A stretch of DNA of 64,000 bases from Nitrososphaeraceae archaeon. Lineage in GTDB: Archaea; Thermoproteota; Nitrososphaeria; Nitrososphaerales; Nitrososphaeraceae. Position 1 is the stretch's first letter, and every line of letters begins with the position of its first letter. The notes below the pieces were generated by a model that worked only from the letters and a program-made list of their open reading frames with translations, ran no database searches and was not told where the DNA came from. The translations under genes and the position numbers were made by a program. Below, piece by piece: positions 31,957 to 42,676 of the stretch. The stretch lies in contig DATGZA010000062.1 in assembly GCA_035297365.1 (NCBI GenBank), forward strand, positions 10,225 to 74,224, in the 5' to 3' direction.

Positions 31957-33138
31957 TTGTCAAAATTGCCCTCGTCTCCAGAATTAGCTATATTCGGATT
32001 AAGTACCGAGGGCTATAATTTTGCTACATCGCTTGTCAGTGCTGGATATAAAGTTTCTATTATAGATGAAGCATCGAAGATGGGGATAACCTTAAACAAT
32101 GATATTGCAAGAACCTATGCTACCGTATGTGATCTTATAGAAGACGAGCCGTTACTTCCTATTCAACCTTCAAACGATATCATTGGTAATGCTTCTTACC
32201 TATTCTTTTCACCAAAAATAAGGAAAATAGGTCAAGATGTAAAAATCGATATTTCTTCTAAATTTATAGATGCCATTAGATCGATCGATAGAGATACCTC
32301 AATTATTTATACACTTCCAACTGGTATTGGTGGAAATGATGAAAATATCGATATATTGGAACATACTACCGGAATGATGGTCGGAGAGAATATCCCTTAT
32401 TATTACATGCCAATTAACTCTGGACCGATTCTCTCATCTAATACAGTAGTAGGAGGTTTTAATACAAGAAAGGATCCATTCCTTGAAAAGATACTCCAGA
32501 TTATTAACAATCAACCGATATATCTGACCAATATTGTATCTGCCGAATTGACTTATGTTTCCAGGATACTAAGACATTATTCTGGTATTGCCAGCGTATT
32601 GGAAGTTTGTAAATATGCAAGTGGCTACGAGGGTGATAACCAAATAGTCGATAATTTCTACAAAGATCTATATCTAGATGATATTACAAACGGGTTACAT
32701 GATCTAAGGATAATTCAACATTCCTTGCAAGGTAATAATCCATTGATATATCTGGTTAATGGCACTATCAAGAGCATAGAAAGCTACCTGAAAAATTTGA
32801 TAGATAAAATCCGTTATTTGCTAAAAAAGAAGGAATTGAAAGCAAGTAAAACAAGAATTTCAATTTTTTGGGCATTAGATCTTTTTGAAATGCGAGGTGA
32901 TAAAATCGATATATCTTTATTATTAGAATCTCGACTAAGAGATTATATAGGTGAGGTGGAGCATGGCGGAGGGAATAGTCTTGACAATTATCCCAGTGAT
33001 AAGACTACAATCTTTATTGCCTGCTCTAAAACGGATTATCATCTCATAACTAAAGCCAATAATGTCGATTCAATAGTTATAAAGGCTAATCCCATTTGTG
33101 AGGTTAATTCTGATCTAATAAATGTCGAGAGATATTGA
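31957..33138 (+). CDS. Divergent UDP-sugar dehydrogenase-like protein
   Basis: Rossmann-like start (AIFGLSTEG), DEPLL, YTLPTG, SAEL in the order seen in UDP-glucose/UDP-GlcNAc dehydrogenases; catalytic GGxC not visible. Confidence 0.6.
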   Translation: MSKLPSSPELAIFGLSTEGYNFATSLVSAGYKVSIIDEASKMGITLNNDIARTYATVCDLIEDEPLLPIQPSNDIIGNASYLFFSPKIRKIGQDVKIDISSKFIDAIRSIDRDTSIIYTLPTGIGGNDENIDILEHTTGMMVGENIPYYYMPINSGPILSSNTVVGGFNTRKDPFLEKILQIINNQPIYLTNIVSAELTYVSRILRHYSGIASVLEVCKYASGYEGDNQIVDNFYKDLYLDDITNGLHDLRIIQHSLQGNNPLIYLVNGTIKSIESYLKNLIDKIRYLLKKKELKASKTRISIFWALDLFEMRGDKIDISLLLESRLRDYIGEVEHGGGNSLDNYPSDKTTIFIACSKTDYHLITKANNVDSIVIKANPICEVNSDLINVERY

Positions 33139-33272
33139 ATATTATCTGAACCATTCAAGTGTGCTAAAAAATTAACAACAAGAGATCTTGTAATTTTTCA
33201 AAAAGAATATATCAATATATGATAAAATCCATTGTGATGTTTTTGTTTGATACTCTTTAGTTTTCTTTTTAT

Positions 33273-33875
33273 TTACTTCTTTGATTCCCATTCTGACTTT
33301 TTCTTATCATATTCTTTTCTTGAATAAACAACTTTAGCGGGATGTCCTATCACCACAGTTTCTTCAGGTACGTCTTTGGTAACAACAGAACCCATTCCTA
33401 CAACAGAATTTTTTCCTATTAGGATTCCCGGTTTTATTACTGCTCTCGCAGCAATTATTGCCCCATCATTCACTACGGTTCCAATCATCTTAGGACTCAT
33501 TGGATAAGGATCATTAGTAAATGTAGCTCCAGGACCTATGAATACATTCTTTCCTATGACAGTCAGTGGAGGAATATACACAGACCCTTCAATCCTAGTA
33601 TTATCGCCTATTTTTACATTGTAATCTATATGTGCAAGAGAACCAATCATAACATTCTTTCCAATTTCTGTATTATCTCCAACATATGCATAATGCCAAA
33701 TCTTTACATTTTTTCCAATCTTTGCTGTATCAGAAATGTAATGAGTAACAAATCTTTTTTCATCTCGAGATATTTTTTGCTTCTTTTTTCTATTTTTTTC
33801 GGTAATATTTTCTGAGATACTATCTTTCTTCTTCGATTCTATTTTCTTTTCCTTTTCTTTATTATTCCTGCTCAT
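33273..33875 (-). CDS. Hexapeptide-repeat N-acetyltransferase (WbpD-like)
   Basis: Hexapeptide repeats, FIGPGATFTNDPYP, VVTKDVP, GHPAK. Confidence 0.9.
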   Translation of the reverse strand: MSRNNKEKEKKIESKKKDSISENITEKNRKKKQKISRDEKRFVTHYISDTAKIGKNVKIWHYAYVGDNTEIGKNVMIGSLAHIDYNVKIGDNTRIEGSVYIPPLTVIGKNVFIGPGATFTNDPYPMSPKMIGTVVNDGAIIAARAVIKPGILIGKNSVVGMGSVVTKDVPEETVVIGHPAKVVYSRKEYDKKKSEWESKK

Positions 33876-33945
33876 TTTTAATATTTCATCTCTACCCTTC
33901 TTTCTTCGTACATATTAGGTAAGTCTTATTATTTTTATATCTTTA

Positions 33946-34353
33946 TTATAGGTGCCAAGGATTTGCATGTTTTAGAATCTTTTCAGGTATATTGTCTTTC
34001 CATTTTGCCAGAAATTCCAAATCTTTTCCTTTTTCTCTTAACTCATCGGGTAACATAATAGGTATCTCGTCTATGATAGGATAGAAACGGACACATTTAT
34101 TACAGTATAAAATACCATCAACAATTACAATAACCTTGTCTTGACGGGTGTACTCCTCAGATAATCGACTATCTCTGAAAGCAATATCATTGTTATTATT
34201 ATTTTTTTGAATATTTTTTTCATCGTTTTCTTTTCCTTTTTTCTTATTTTCTCTAAGTTCATTAATTTCTTCTTTAGTATCCAACTCTATCAATTCAAGA
34301 GGATAATGTTTATCGATTGGACATGCCAAGATATCTAAGATGTTTCTTTTCAT
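33946..34353 (-). CDS. Trm112 family methyltransferase activator
   Basis: LDILACPIDK...GILYCNKCVRFYPIIDEIPIMLP; ATGA overlap with the upstream gene. Confidence 0.9.
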   Translation of the reverse strand: MKRNILDILACPIDKHYPLELIELDTKEEINELRENKKKGKENDEKNIQKNNNNNDIAFRDSRLSEEYTRQDKVIVIVDGILYCNKCVRFYPIIDEIPIMLPDELREKGKDLEFLAKWKDNIPEKILKHANPWHL

Positions 34354-35363
34354 CTGTTTCTCCCATTCTTCAAATTCAAATATATTGGTGCTCCAGTTTT
34401 ACTGGATAAAATTGCAGCTTCAGCTATTTTTGTTACGTTTGCTGCTTCCATTGGAGAAACCTCAGGCTCATTTTTCCTTCCCTCTATTACATTAACAAAA
34501 CTATTTAATTCCAATGAAAGAGGTTCAACAAGATTTAATCTTCTTGGGGTAATGGAGGATCTTTCGTCTTCTATTGTTATCTCCTGTTTTATGAAATCGC
34601 CATTAATTATAGCATCAGTGCAAACAGCACTAAATTTTCTAACTTTTTTGGGTGTAATCCAGTTAGATGATATTACTGCAACTTTATCAATCCCAAAGCC
34701 AAGAATTATTGTTGAGAAGTCCTCAAATGAATGAAATATTTTTCCAGAACGAGCAAAGACAACATGCGGTTTCATTCCAAAAAGGTATATTGCAGTATCG
34801 ATGTCATGTACTGCTGTATCATAGATTATCCCTACATCCTTGATATGTAATGGCATTCTGTTTTCCCTATGAAATTCCATCATTATTAAATCACCATAAG
34901 TTTTTTCTATCAGTATTTTTTTCACGTCTTGTACTGCGGGATTGAATCTTTCAATATATCCGCAGGTCAGAATGACCTGATTTTTTTTTGCGGTTTCTAT
35001 CATCTCTTCACATTCCTTAAACGAGTAGGAAAGGGGTTTTTCAACGAATACATTTATCTTATTCTCCATTAACTTTTTTGAAACAATATGATGTGTTTTT
35101 GTGGGTGTGCAAACAAGACATCCATCCAATTTTTCAGAATTTATCATATCTTCGACTGAGTCAAAGTAATTCACATCATATTTTTCAGCAAGAAGCTTTG
35201 CTCTATTAATATCGGTATCACAAATACTTCTTAGTACTCCGATATCATGAAGGACTCTAACATGGTTTTTCCCCCATCCTCCAACTCCTATAATTGCTAT
35301 CCTTGATTTCTCTTCTGTCTTTTTCTTTGGTAAACGTATTGATTTTTCCTCTGTGAGTGTCAT
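34350..35363 (-). CDS. Gfo/Idh/MocA oxidoreductase (WbpB-like)
   Basis: GVGGWGKNH, VFVEKP, GYIERFNPA, DTAVHDID. Confidence 0.9.
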   Translation of the reverse strand: MTLTEEKSIRLPKKKTEEKSRIAIIGVGGWGKNHVRVLHDIGVLRSICDTDINRAKLLAEKYDVNYFDSVEDMINSEKLDGCLVCTPTKTHHIVSKKLMENKINVFVEKPLSYSFKECEEMIETAKKNQVILTCGYIERFNPAVQDVKKILIEKTYGDLIMMEFHRENRMPLHIKDVGIIYDTAVHDIDTAIYLFGMKPHVVFARSGKIFHSFEDFSTIILGFGIDKVAVISSNWITPKKVRKFSAVCTDAIINGDFIKQEITIEDERSSITPRRLNLVEPLSLELNSFVNVIEGRKNEPEVSPMEAANVTKIAEAAILSSKTGAPIYLNLKNGRNR

Positions 35364-35432
35364 TATGGTATCTATTTTTTTATTTTTCTGAAATATGTTT
35401 TCTTGCTTTTATCTTGTTATTTGTAAATCTTA

Positions 35433-36356
35433 TTACCATACTGGTGTGACCCATTGGCGGTACTTTTCGTTTGGACTACTTGCTGAAACTATCTTTTGGT
35501 ATAAATCCCGTATCGACCTTGTTATCTTTCCTTCTTTACCTTTGCTAATTTCTTTCCCATCTACGCTTATTACGGCTACTATCTCTGCCGCTGTTCCTGT
35601 GAGAAAGATTTCATCTGCAATATATAGTTCAGTACGAGATATAGGTCTTTGTACTATTTCATAACCTAGATCTCTTGCTAGTGTTATGACAGTATCCCTC
35701 GTTATGCCTTCCAAAATTGATGAAGACATATCAGGGGTATGGATGACGTTGTTTCTAAGAATAAATATATTCTCCCCAGGAGCCTCGCTTACATTTCCTT
35801 CTCTATCCAACATTATTGCTTCATCATATCCATTTCTCTTGCATTCTTGTGTTGCCAATACCGAATTCAGATAATTTCCTCCTGCCTTTGCTATCGGTGG
35901 TGTGGAGCAATCGTGGATTCTTCTCCAAGAAGAAATTCCTACTTTAATCCCTTCAGCACTGAAGTATTTATCAAATGGAAAAACTATGATTACAGTATGA
36001 GTCGGAGATCTCACGCTTACATTAAGATCTATACCATGTGTTCCTACAAATGTAATTGGTCTAATATAACAAGATTGTCTCATGTTACATTTTTGCAGTA
36101 ATTCTACTATTCCATTCATTAAATCTTCTATAGAATGATTAATAGTCATTGAATAGATTGAAGCAGACTGAAATACCCTTTCAACATGTTCTCTTAATTT
36201 AAAAATATATAGATTATCCTTAGAACTATAAGCTCTAATCCCCTCAAAAACGGAAGTTCCATAATGTAATGCATGAGTTGTTATTGGAACTTGGGCCTTA
36301 TCCCATTCAACAAACTCTCCATTAAGCCACACATACTGAGCTCCTTTAGTTTTCAT
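35433..36356 (-). CDS. ilvE: Branched-chain amino acid aminotransferase
   Basis: HALHYGTSVFEGIR, YIRP, AKAGGNY, EAPGENIF, LEGITR, TGTAAE. Confidence 0.95.
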   Translation of the reverse strand: MKTKGAQYVWLNGEFVEWDKAQVPITTHALHYGTSVFEGIRAYSSKDNLYIFKLREHVERVFQSASIYSMTINHSIEDLMNGIVELLQKCNMRQSCYIRPITFVGTHGIDLNVSVRSPTHTVIIVFPFDKYFSAEGIKVGISSWRRIHDCSTPPIAKAGGNYLNSVLATQECKRNGYDEAIMLDREGNVSEAPGENIFILRNNVIHTPDMSSSILEGITRDTVITLARDLGYEIVQRPISRTELYIADEIFLTGTAAEIVAVISVDGKEISKGKEGKITRSIRDLYQKIVSASSPNEKYRQWVTPVW

Positions 36357-36404
36357 ATTTAAGAAACGTAAATTAGAGAATTAATAAAAGTTTTCTTTAG
36401 TACG

Positions 36405-37067
36405 CTAAAAAAAACCTCTCCTCGGAAATTTTACTCCTAATATTTTTATTGTTTCATCTTGTGCAGTTGCATACTTGTCGATAACACTCCAATTTTCTTT
36501 GATTATCTTCACTGCCTTAGTTGGTACTTTATCTTCCCACATTTCACCTTCTTTTAAACTTTCTCTTTTTCTGCTTTCAGTATTCTTGTTTCTGGATCTG
36601 ACATCTGTAGCTTCTTTATAGATTAGCTCCTTGATATGGCTTGCAGAAATAGGGAGCCTCTTTGCTTTGATTGGATTGAATCTATATATTTTAAGTATAT
36701 ATCGTTCCATAGGGTCACCTGTATATGAGATAAACTTCTTTTCTGAGATTGTATTTATGACTTGTTCCCTTATCTTCCATGAATACGGTGAAAAAATTGG
36801 TGGAAAATATCTAATAAATGGTGAGTAAAACGCATAATTTGGAGATATAACAATATTATTATCATTAGGAAATACCTCCCTGATCATCAATTTTCTTAAC
36901 TCATACGAAAAAGGAAAACTTCTAGTGCTGATTTCTTTCCCATTTAATAAAAATCTCACGGGGAAGATATATACCGTGTATTTTTTTTTAAGCCTGTTTA
37001 TTATTTCCTCATGAGCTTTTGTAAAGGGGTTAAGATGCGCAAGGTACAGTGCTGCAATTTTATTCAT
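36405..37067 (-). CDS. HIGH-type nucleotidyltransferase-like protein
   Basis: LAHLNPFTKAH (HxGH-like), PFSYELRKLMI, ISASHIKE. Confidence 0.7.
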   Translation of the reverse strand: MNKIAALYLAHLNPFTKAHEEIINRLKKKYTVYIFPVRFLLNGKEISTRSFPFSYELRKLMIREVFPNDNNIVISPNYAFYSPFIRYFPPIFSPYSWKIREQVINTISEKKFISYTGDPMERYILKIYRFNPIKAKRLPISASHIKELIYKEATDVRSRNKNTESRKRESLKEGEMWEDKVPTKAVKIIKENWSVIDKYATAQDETIKILGVKFPRRGFF

Positions 37068-37174
37068 TTAAATCATTTTCAAATTACAAAAAATACTGAT
37101 AAGATATAAAGACTGATCCAAAATCCAAAAATTGATGTTAGTTTTATTAACTAACTAACTAACTATTGATTATC

Positions 37175-37498
37175 TTATGTCCTTTTGACTTCTATTTCTA
37201 TGGTTGAAACATTTCTAGTTCTTCCGTCTTCAGATTGTACGGTTTCAGAACCAATCTTCACATCTCCTATCACATAGCCAGCATTTTCCATTCTCTTCAG
37301 TATGATTTGAGATACGTCTACTGCTCTTCCTATACTCAATCCTCTTGCCTTTATTGTTACTGTAGGTTGGTTCGCGAGTTGAATTAATGTTGATGTAACG
37401 TATGCCATTAATGGTTTTTTACCAATGTATATTGCATCTCTCAATTGAACTTGGTTGGGTTGTGTTTCCGTAACATTTTCATGTGCTTCTTCAGACAT
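37175..37498 (-). CDS. albA: DNA/RNA-binding protein Alba (start corrected to 37498)
   Basis: IYIGKKPLMAY, IKARGLSIGRAVDV, RNVSTIEI. Confidence 0.95.
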   Translation of the reverse strand: MSEEAHENVTETQPNQVQLRDAIYIGKKPLMAYVTSTLIQLANQPTVTIKARGLSIGRAVDVSQIILKRMENAGYVIGDVKIGSETVQSEDGRTRNVSTIEIEVKRT

Positions 37499-37606
37499 AC
37501 TAGATGTATTTGAAAAGGATAATTTAAATCTAAAAGTCACTACCCGGTATTTTTCTAAATAAAATAATCTCTTAATTAAAATAGCGTTGTACCAAAAATG
37601 TAACTT

Positions 37607-38395
37607 ATGAAAAAAGAGAGAAACAAACAACGAAATCGAGAAGATTCTTTTAAAATTTTTTTAATATCAAAATTACGTAGATCGAATTTATTTCAAGCTG
37701 GTGAGTTACGATTTTTTTTCAGCATTTTGGTTGCGATTTCTATCTCATTTACACTTTTTTTCCTACCAGATATCGAAACAGGAGGTTATGATCAAAAATA
37801 TGCGAAAGGTTATACTGATTTCTTTAGATTGGTATTCGCTGAAGAGATAAACGGAACAGAGAACGCAGATAATATTACTGGTACCATTAATCAAGATACT
37901 ATTAAAGGACTTGGAGGAAATGATACTCTTTATGGAGGTGAAGCAGGAGACGATCTAAGTGGTGGAAATGGATCTGATGTGATTTATGGCGGAGATGGAA
38001 GAGATTTCTTACGTGGAAAAACTGGTGACGATCAACTAGATGGTGGAAAAGGAAATGATAGATTATTTGGAGACAAGGGTAATGACGTATTAGTAGGTGG
38101 CAGCGGTAACGATACATTGATTGGAGGGCCAGGACAAGATATATTTATTTGCAATAATGGAAAAGACACAATCATTGATTTTAATCAGACAGAAGGTGAT
38201 GTCATCCCCAATAAGGATTGTGAAATCATAAACAATTCTAATAATTATCCGACAAAAGATACAAAACCATCAAATCAACAAAAGATCTCTGGATTAGTAA
38301 ATCAAAAGATTGATGAAGTATCTAAACAAGAAAGGCAAGATAGTATTGCTCAAACAAAAGATCCTTCTTCTAACATATTCGGGTTCTTTAAATGA
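37607..38395 (+). CDS. RTX-type (GGxGxD) calcium-binding repeat protein, membrane-anchored or secreted
   Basis: About ten GGxGxDxLx nonapeptides, DTIIDF motif, N-terminal TM segment. Confidence 0.88.
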   Translation: MKKERNKQRNREDSFKIFLISKLRRSNLFQAGELRFFFSILVAISISFTLFFLPDIETGGYDQKYAKGYTDFFRLVFAEEINGTENADNITGTINQDTIKGLGGNDTLYGGEAGDDLSGGNGSDVIYGGDGRDFLRGKTGDDQLDGGKGNDRLFGDKGNDVLVGGSGNDTLIGGPGQDIFICNNGKDTIIDFNQTEGDVIPNKDCEIINNSNNYPTKDTKPSNQQKISGLVNQKIDEVSKQERQDSIAQTKDPSSNIFGFFK

Positions 38396-39571
38396 TCACA
38401 TATAAAAAGAAACAAAATTTTGATTTTTTTTATACGGAATTTAACAAGGTCAGCCAAAGGTTTGATCCAATTCAAAAAAAATTAAGATAAATTAAAATGG
38501 ATTATAGTTCCAATCTTTATAAAGTATTTATTCAAAAAATATGTAATTTTTCAGATGAAGATCATTCATACACTCAACTAACTGTTCTCGATTATCTGCT
38601 GTCACTCTTTACTTATCAGCATTTTGTATCATGGCAACTAGTGCCTGATATGGCAAATCATCGATTTATTAATTTCTTTGACACAAGTAACTTGAGATAA
38701 ATAATATAAAAGATATATAGATAATTTGGTGATCTGGGGGATTAGGTGTTAGACGGTATTAAAGAGAAAATCAATATTGATGCCTATGACGGATCAGATA
38801 AAGACGATATATTTGAAGCAATTAGAAACCTGTATAGAAGAGGATCTTGATTTTTATTCAATTTTGTATTTAGAATCTGTATACTAAAAATATCAAATTT
38901 TGCTGGAATAACAATATTGTTAATTTTTAGTTATATCTATTTTGGACATTCACATAATATCAGATAGTTCTTTACGACGTACCGTAATAATATATGCAAT
39001 TGTAATTATTTATCTTTTGTGTTATTGTCCTTTCTGTTAGTCACATTATTGAAATTATTGCAGAATAATATTATCTTTTTTTGTTGTTGAATTATTGAGT
39101 CAAGTATTTTGAGTATGTTTTAGTGTGTATCTTTAAGTGTTTTATCTTCAACAGATAACGCTTTGTCGTATTTTATCCCTGCCTGAAATAAAAAGGATTG
39201 TTCTCGTTACATCCTGCAGCTTTTTCAAATCCTATGTGTCCAGACGTGGTTACCATTTAAAAATAATTCTAAACCAAAACACGGAAAAGACCTATCTTCT
39301 TTTCTAAATCTATACGATATTAGTTTTTTTCATCACCACACCTACATCTGTCATTATCCAACGGATGTGTAAAATTCTGCTGACTAGATGCGATATCCTT
39401 CTAAATGTCTTAGACTTAAGAATTAGCCTTTCTCTAATTATACTTGATATCATTTTGTCGAACCTATTCTTTTTTTATTGTGGGTAGACGACCTATTTTT
39501 TTAGTTTTGTTCTGAATAATTCTATAGTCTTCATAACACATAAATATAAATATTTAAAAAAGATAATTAGA

Positions 39572-40858
39572 ATGAATATTAAAATTTTGTTAATAGGTAT
39601 ATCTATTACTTTTCTAATTAGTGTATTATCATTTCTAGAACCTTTTTCTTATTATGGACTAATATCGGGTCAAGAAATATCAGATTCAATTGAAAAATCT
39701 AAAAGTGACTCGAATTTAAGTCTAGAAGATATATTTAATCGTACATCCAACTCTGTTGTTCAAATTACAATTATAGATCCATCATCCGGTTTAGAAAAAG
39801 GCTTAGGTTCTGGTTTCGTTTTCGATAAAAACGGGTATATAATAACAAACAATCATGTAGTTCCTATTGATCAAAAATTGGCTCAATATATAGTAACTTT
39901 CCCAAACGGAAATACATATGATGCAGAAATTGTAGGAAAGGATCAATTTAGCGACCTAGCTGTGGTAAAAATCTCCCATTTTTCATCTTCTGATTTGATC
40001 CCACTTCCGTTAGGAAATTCATCGACTCTTAAAGTTGGAAATACTGTAGTTGCGATTGGAAATCCATTTGGACTTTCTGGTTCCCTGACTGTAGGTGTAG
40101 TAAGCGGCTTGGGCAGATTGCTCCCATCATCAGAAGAAAATAGTGATGGTCCTCGTTTTGGACCATCAACTGCAATGACCTTCAATATTCCTGATGTCAT
40201 ACAAACAGATGCTGCCATAAATCCTGGTAATTCCGGGGGACCTCTTTTGAATTTAAAGGGCGAAGTTATCGGAGTCAACTCTGCAATATTTTCAAATACA
40301 GGTTTATATTCAGGAATAGGATTTGCAGTTCCGTCCGATATTGTGAAGAAAGTCGCTCCGTCCATAATTGCAACTGGAAAGTATTCTCATCCTTACCTTG
40401 GAGTGGTAGGGATGGACGTCACCCCTGCGCTAGCAAAACTATTTGGATTAGAAAAGACAGCAGGATTTTTGGTGACTGACATAACTGAGGGTAGTCCAGC
40501 AGCAAAGTCAGGTCTGCGGGAGGGTACAATATCTTACAACAACAGAGGAGAGTTTATAGATGCACAAGGGGATATAATTGTTGGAATAGATGGAACTCCT
40601 GTTAGAAAAATAGATGATATACTTACTCATTTAGAAAAAGAGAAAAAAGTGGGCGATACAGTCATTTTAACTTTGATTCGCGACAAGAAATTTGTAAATG
40701 TAGAATTAAAGTTGGCAGAAAGACCTACTCACTCTGATATTTCTAGATCTTCTGGGACAGAATTGTTTGATGATTCACAATCCCAATCTCCCAACGGTGG
40801 TATGTATTCAGAATGTTTAAAGATTATGCCAAAAAGTTTGTGCGATCTACTTCGATGA
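39572..40858 (+). CDS. HtrA/DegP serine protease with PDZ domain
   Basis: GSGF, TNNHV, DLAV, QTDAAINPGNSGGPL, C-terminal PDZ; signal anchor. Confidence 0.95.
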   Translation: MNIKILLIGISITFLISVLSFLEPFSYYGLISGQEISDSIEKSKSDSNLSLEDIFNRTSNSVVQITIIDPSSGLEKGLGSGFVFDKNGYIITNNHVVPIDQKLAQYIVTFPNGNTYDAEIVGKDQFSDLAVVKISHFSSSDLIPLPLGNSSTLKVGNTVVAIGNPFGLSGSLTVGVVSGLGRLLPSSEENSDGPRFGPSTAMTFNIPDVIQTDAAINPGNSGGPLLNLKGEVIGVNSAIFSNTGLYSGIGFAVPSDIVKKVAPSIIATGKYSHPYLGVVGMDVTPALAKLFGLEKTAGFLVTDITEGSPAAKSGLREGTISYNNRGEFIDAQGDIIVGIDGTPVRKIDDILTHLEKEKKVGDTVILTLIRDKKFVNVELKLAERPTHSDISRSSGTELFDDSQSQSPNGGMYSECLKIMPKSLCDLLR

Positions 40859-41449
40859 TTTACACTATTTAATAGTACGAATAAGTTTTTAACTCAATAG
40901 ATTTCACTTTTTGCCAAATTTTCTACCAACGGAGGCACATAACAAAATACGGTCTAAATAATAAATGAAATTCATGGATTGGTCGTGAATATTTTCACAA
41001 AAAAAAACATAAAGATTAGTATTCTATTTCAATGATATGTTATGGATTCGCAACCATACTATTCGATTACTCGCTATTTGTAGTCTTTGGTCAGATTCAA
41101 TTAGTATTATTTAATTGATAGATTCAACATAAGTTAAAATCATATAAATAGGAGGTAAAAATTTTTAATTTTTACTTTTATCTAAAGATTTTTTTCTGTA
41201 TGTCTCCAATTTCCATCGAATTAAAACAGAAAACCCCCTAATATCTCACTTTCAACTCCGATTTTGGAGAATTTATCAAAATATGGAGATCGATAAGAAT
41301 GCTATTAAAGCTGAACATTTGGGAATATTCTGGATACAATATTTCATGAAAAAGACAAAGGTAACTATTATGAAGATTCTTTTTGTGTTGCCAGAAATCC
41401 AGTTAATAGAAAGATAAGTTCACATAGGACAAACGATAAACCACAAGCA

Positions 41450-42160
41450 ATGAATTTTTTCCGTAATGTAAGGGTATTTTTTACGAAATTGGTAAAAAGC
41501 AATTCAAATTTTTATGATTCTACCGAAAATAAAATCAGTAACTCATACATAGATAGTGAATTTATCTCATCCCTATCTTCCGCATCTCTAAAGTTAGAGA
41601 GTAATCTGGGAATAAAAAGTACAGGAAGGTGTGGAATATGTGTTAAAGATGTAAATTTAGAATCGTTTAATGACATGAAGAAATATGTTGAAAATTTTCT
41701 AGGGATAGCTTCCGATGAAAAAAAAAATGAAAATCTATCCTTTTCCTTTAATTCCTTTCTTGATGAATATAATTATCTTTGGTTTATATTAAATGGACAA
41801 AAAATTGAAGATGTAGTGGCTGGAATTAATGCGGTTGGAGATACTATTCACGAAAAGGGATTCTCTCGACAATTGCTTGCTGCTGTTTTTGAGTTTACAA
41901 GTGGATATGAAAATCGTAACGAAGAGACAAGGAATTTTGTTGAAGGTATGCAAGTTAATAATAAAGCCAGTCAATACCTTATCTATAATTATAAGCGTGA
42001 CAATTTCTATCCTTTTGTTCCAACCGGTACTATATCGCAGAATGGAAAAAGAAAAAGAGATAACCAAATGGAAGTAAAAATAATGAAGGAGATTTCAAAT
42101 GAAATACCCTTTGAAGAGGACCTTTCTCGATGGTATCCCATTTGGAATATACCATTTTAA
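41450..42160 (+). CDS. pspAB: PspA-associated protein PspAB
   Basis: DEYNYLWF, GFSRQLLAAVFEF, YLIYNYKRDNFYPFVP, EEDLSRWYPIW; adjacent to pspA. Confidence 0.85.
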   Translation: MNFFRNVRVFFTKLVKSNSNFYDSTENKISNSYIDSEFISSLSSASLKLESNLGIKSTGRCGICVKDVNLESFNDMKKYVENFLGIASDEKKNENLSFSFNSFLDEYNYLWFILNGQKIEDVVAGINAVGDTIHEKGFSRQLLAAVFEFTSGYENRNEETRNFVEGMQVNNKASQYLIYNYKRDNFYPFVPTGTISQNGKRKRDNQMEVKIMKEISNEIPFEEDLSRWYPIWNIPF

Positions 42161-42323
42161 AATAGAAATACATTTAGCAGAATTTCAATTATGTAAATCT
42201 AGACAAGAAAATATGAATGACGACATTCTGACTAAGATAAAAACACAAAATGAAACGTTCAGAAATCGAATTGATAAAAAAATAGATCTAATAAAAATAT
42301 AAAAATTTCCTTATTGATTGTTT

Positions 42324-42665
42324 TTAACTATCTGGAATTAAACCTTCTTCCTTGAAGATTTTTTTTAGGTCAGTCAGAGCGAGATCCTGGTTCGGTATAA
42401 TAATATCGGATGAGGTGATCTCAGAATTCTTAAGTTTTTCACCTTTTGAAGTAACTAGATCATTCATTTCTTCAATCTTTTCATGTATCTTCTTTTCGTT
42501 ATCGATATGATATTCAGCATCGGAGCTACTATTTTTTTTGACCAAGTCTACTATCTCATTATCTAATGTATTGACTTGATTAACTATTTCGCTACTTACT
42601 CTAAATTGACCTTTACCTGTTATTCTGACTATTTGAACTTGGTTTTCATAAGACATTAGTATCAC
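42324..42665 (-). CDS. pspAA: PspA-associated protein PspAA
   Basis: IVRITGKGQF...SDIIIP..DL...FKEEGLIP; directly downstream of pspA. Confidence 0.85.
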   Translation of the reverse strand: MILMSYENQVQIVRITGKGQFRVSSEIVNQVNTLDNEIVDLVKKNSSSDAEYHIDNEKKIHEKIEEMNDLVTSKGEKLKNSEITSSDIIIPNQDLALTDLKKIFKEEGLIPDS

Positions 42666-42676
42666 CAGTCTGAAAT

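Noticed and set aside
37147-37164. (TAAC)n microsatellite after alba
   Set aside because: Short simple repeat in AT-rich DNA; no functional evidence
37499-37630. N-terminal extension of Alba in the ORF track
   Set aside because: Covers the promoter (TTTAAATT box) and overlaps the divergent gene; ATG at 37498 gives the normal length
38700-39450. Possible decayed genes between the RTX protein and htrA, and between htrA and pspAB (looked for an htpX remnant)
   Set aside because: Only short stop-riddled fragments; no HExxH or other motif recognised
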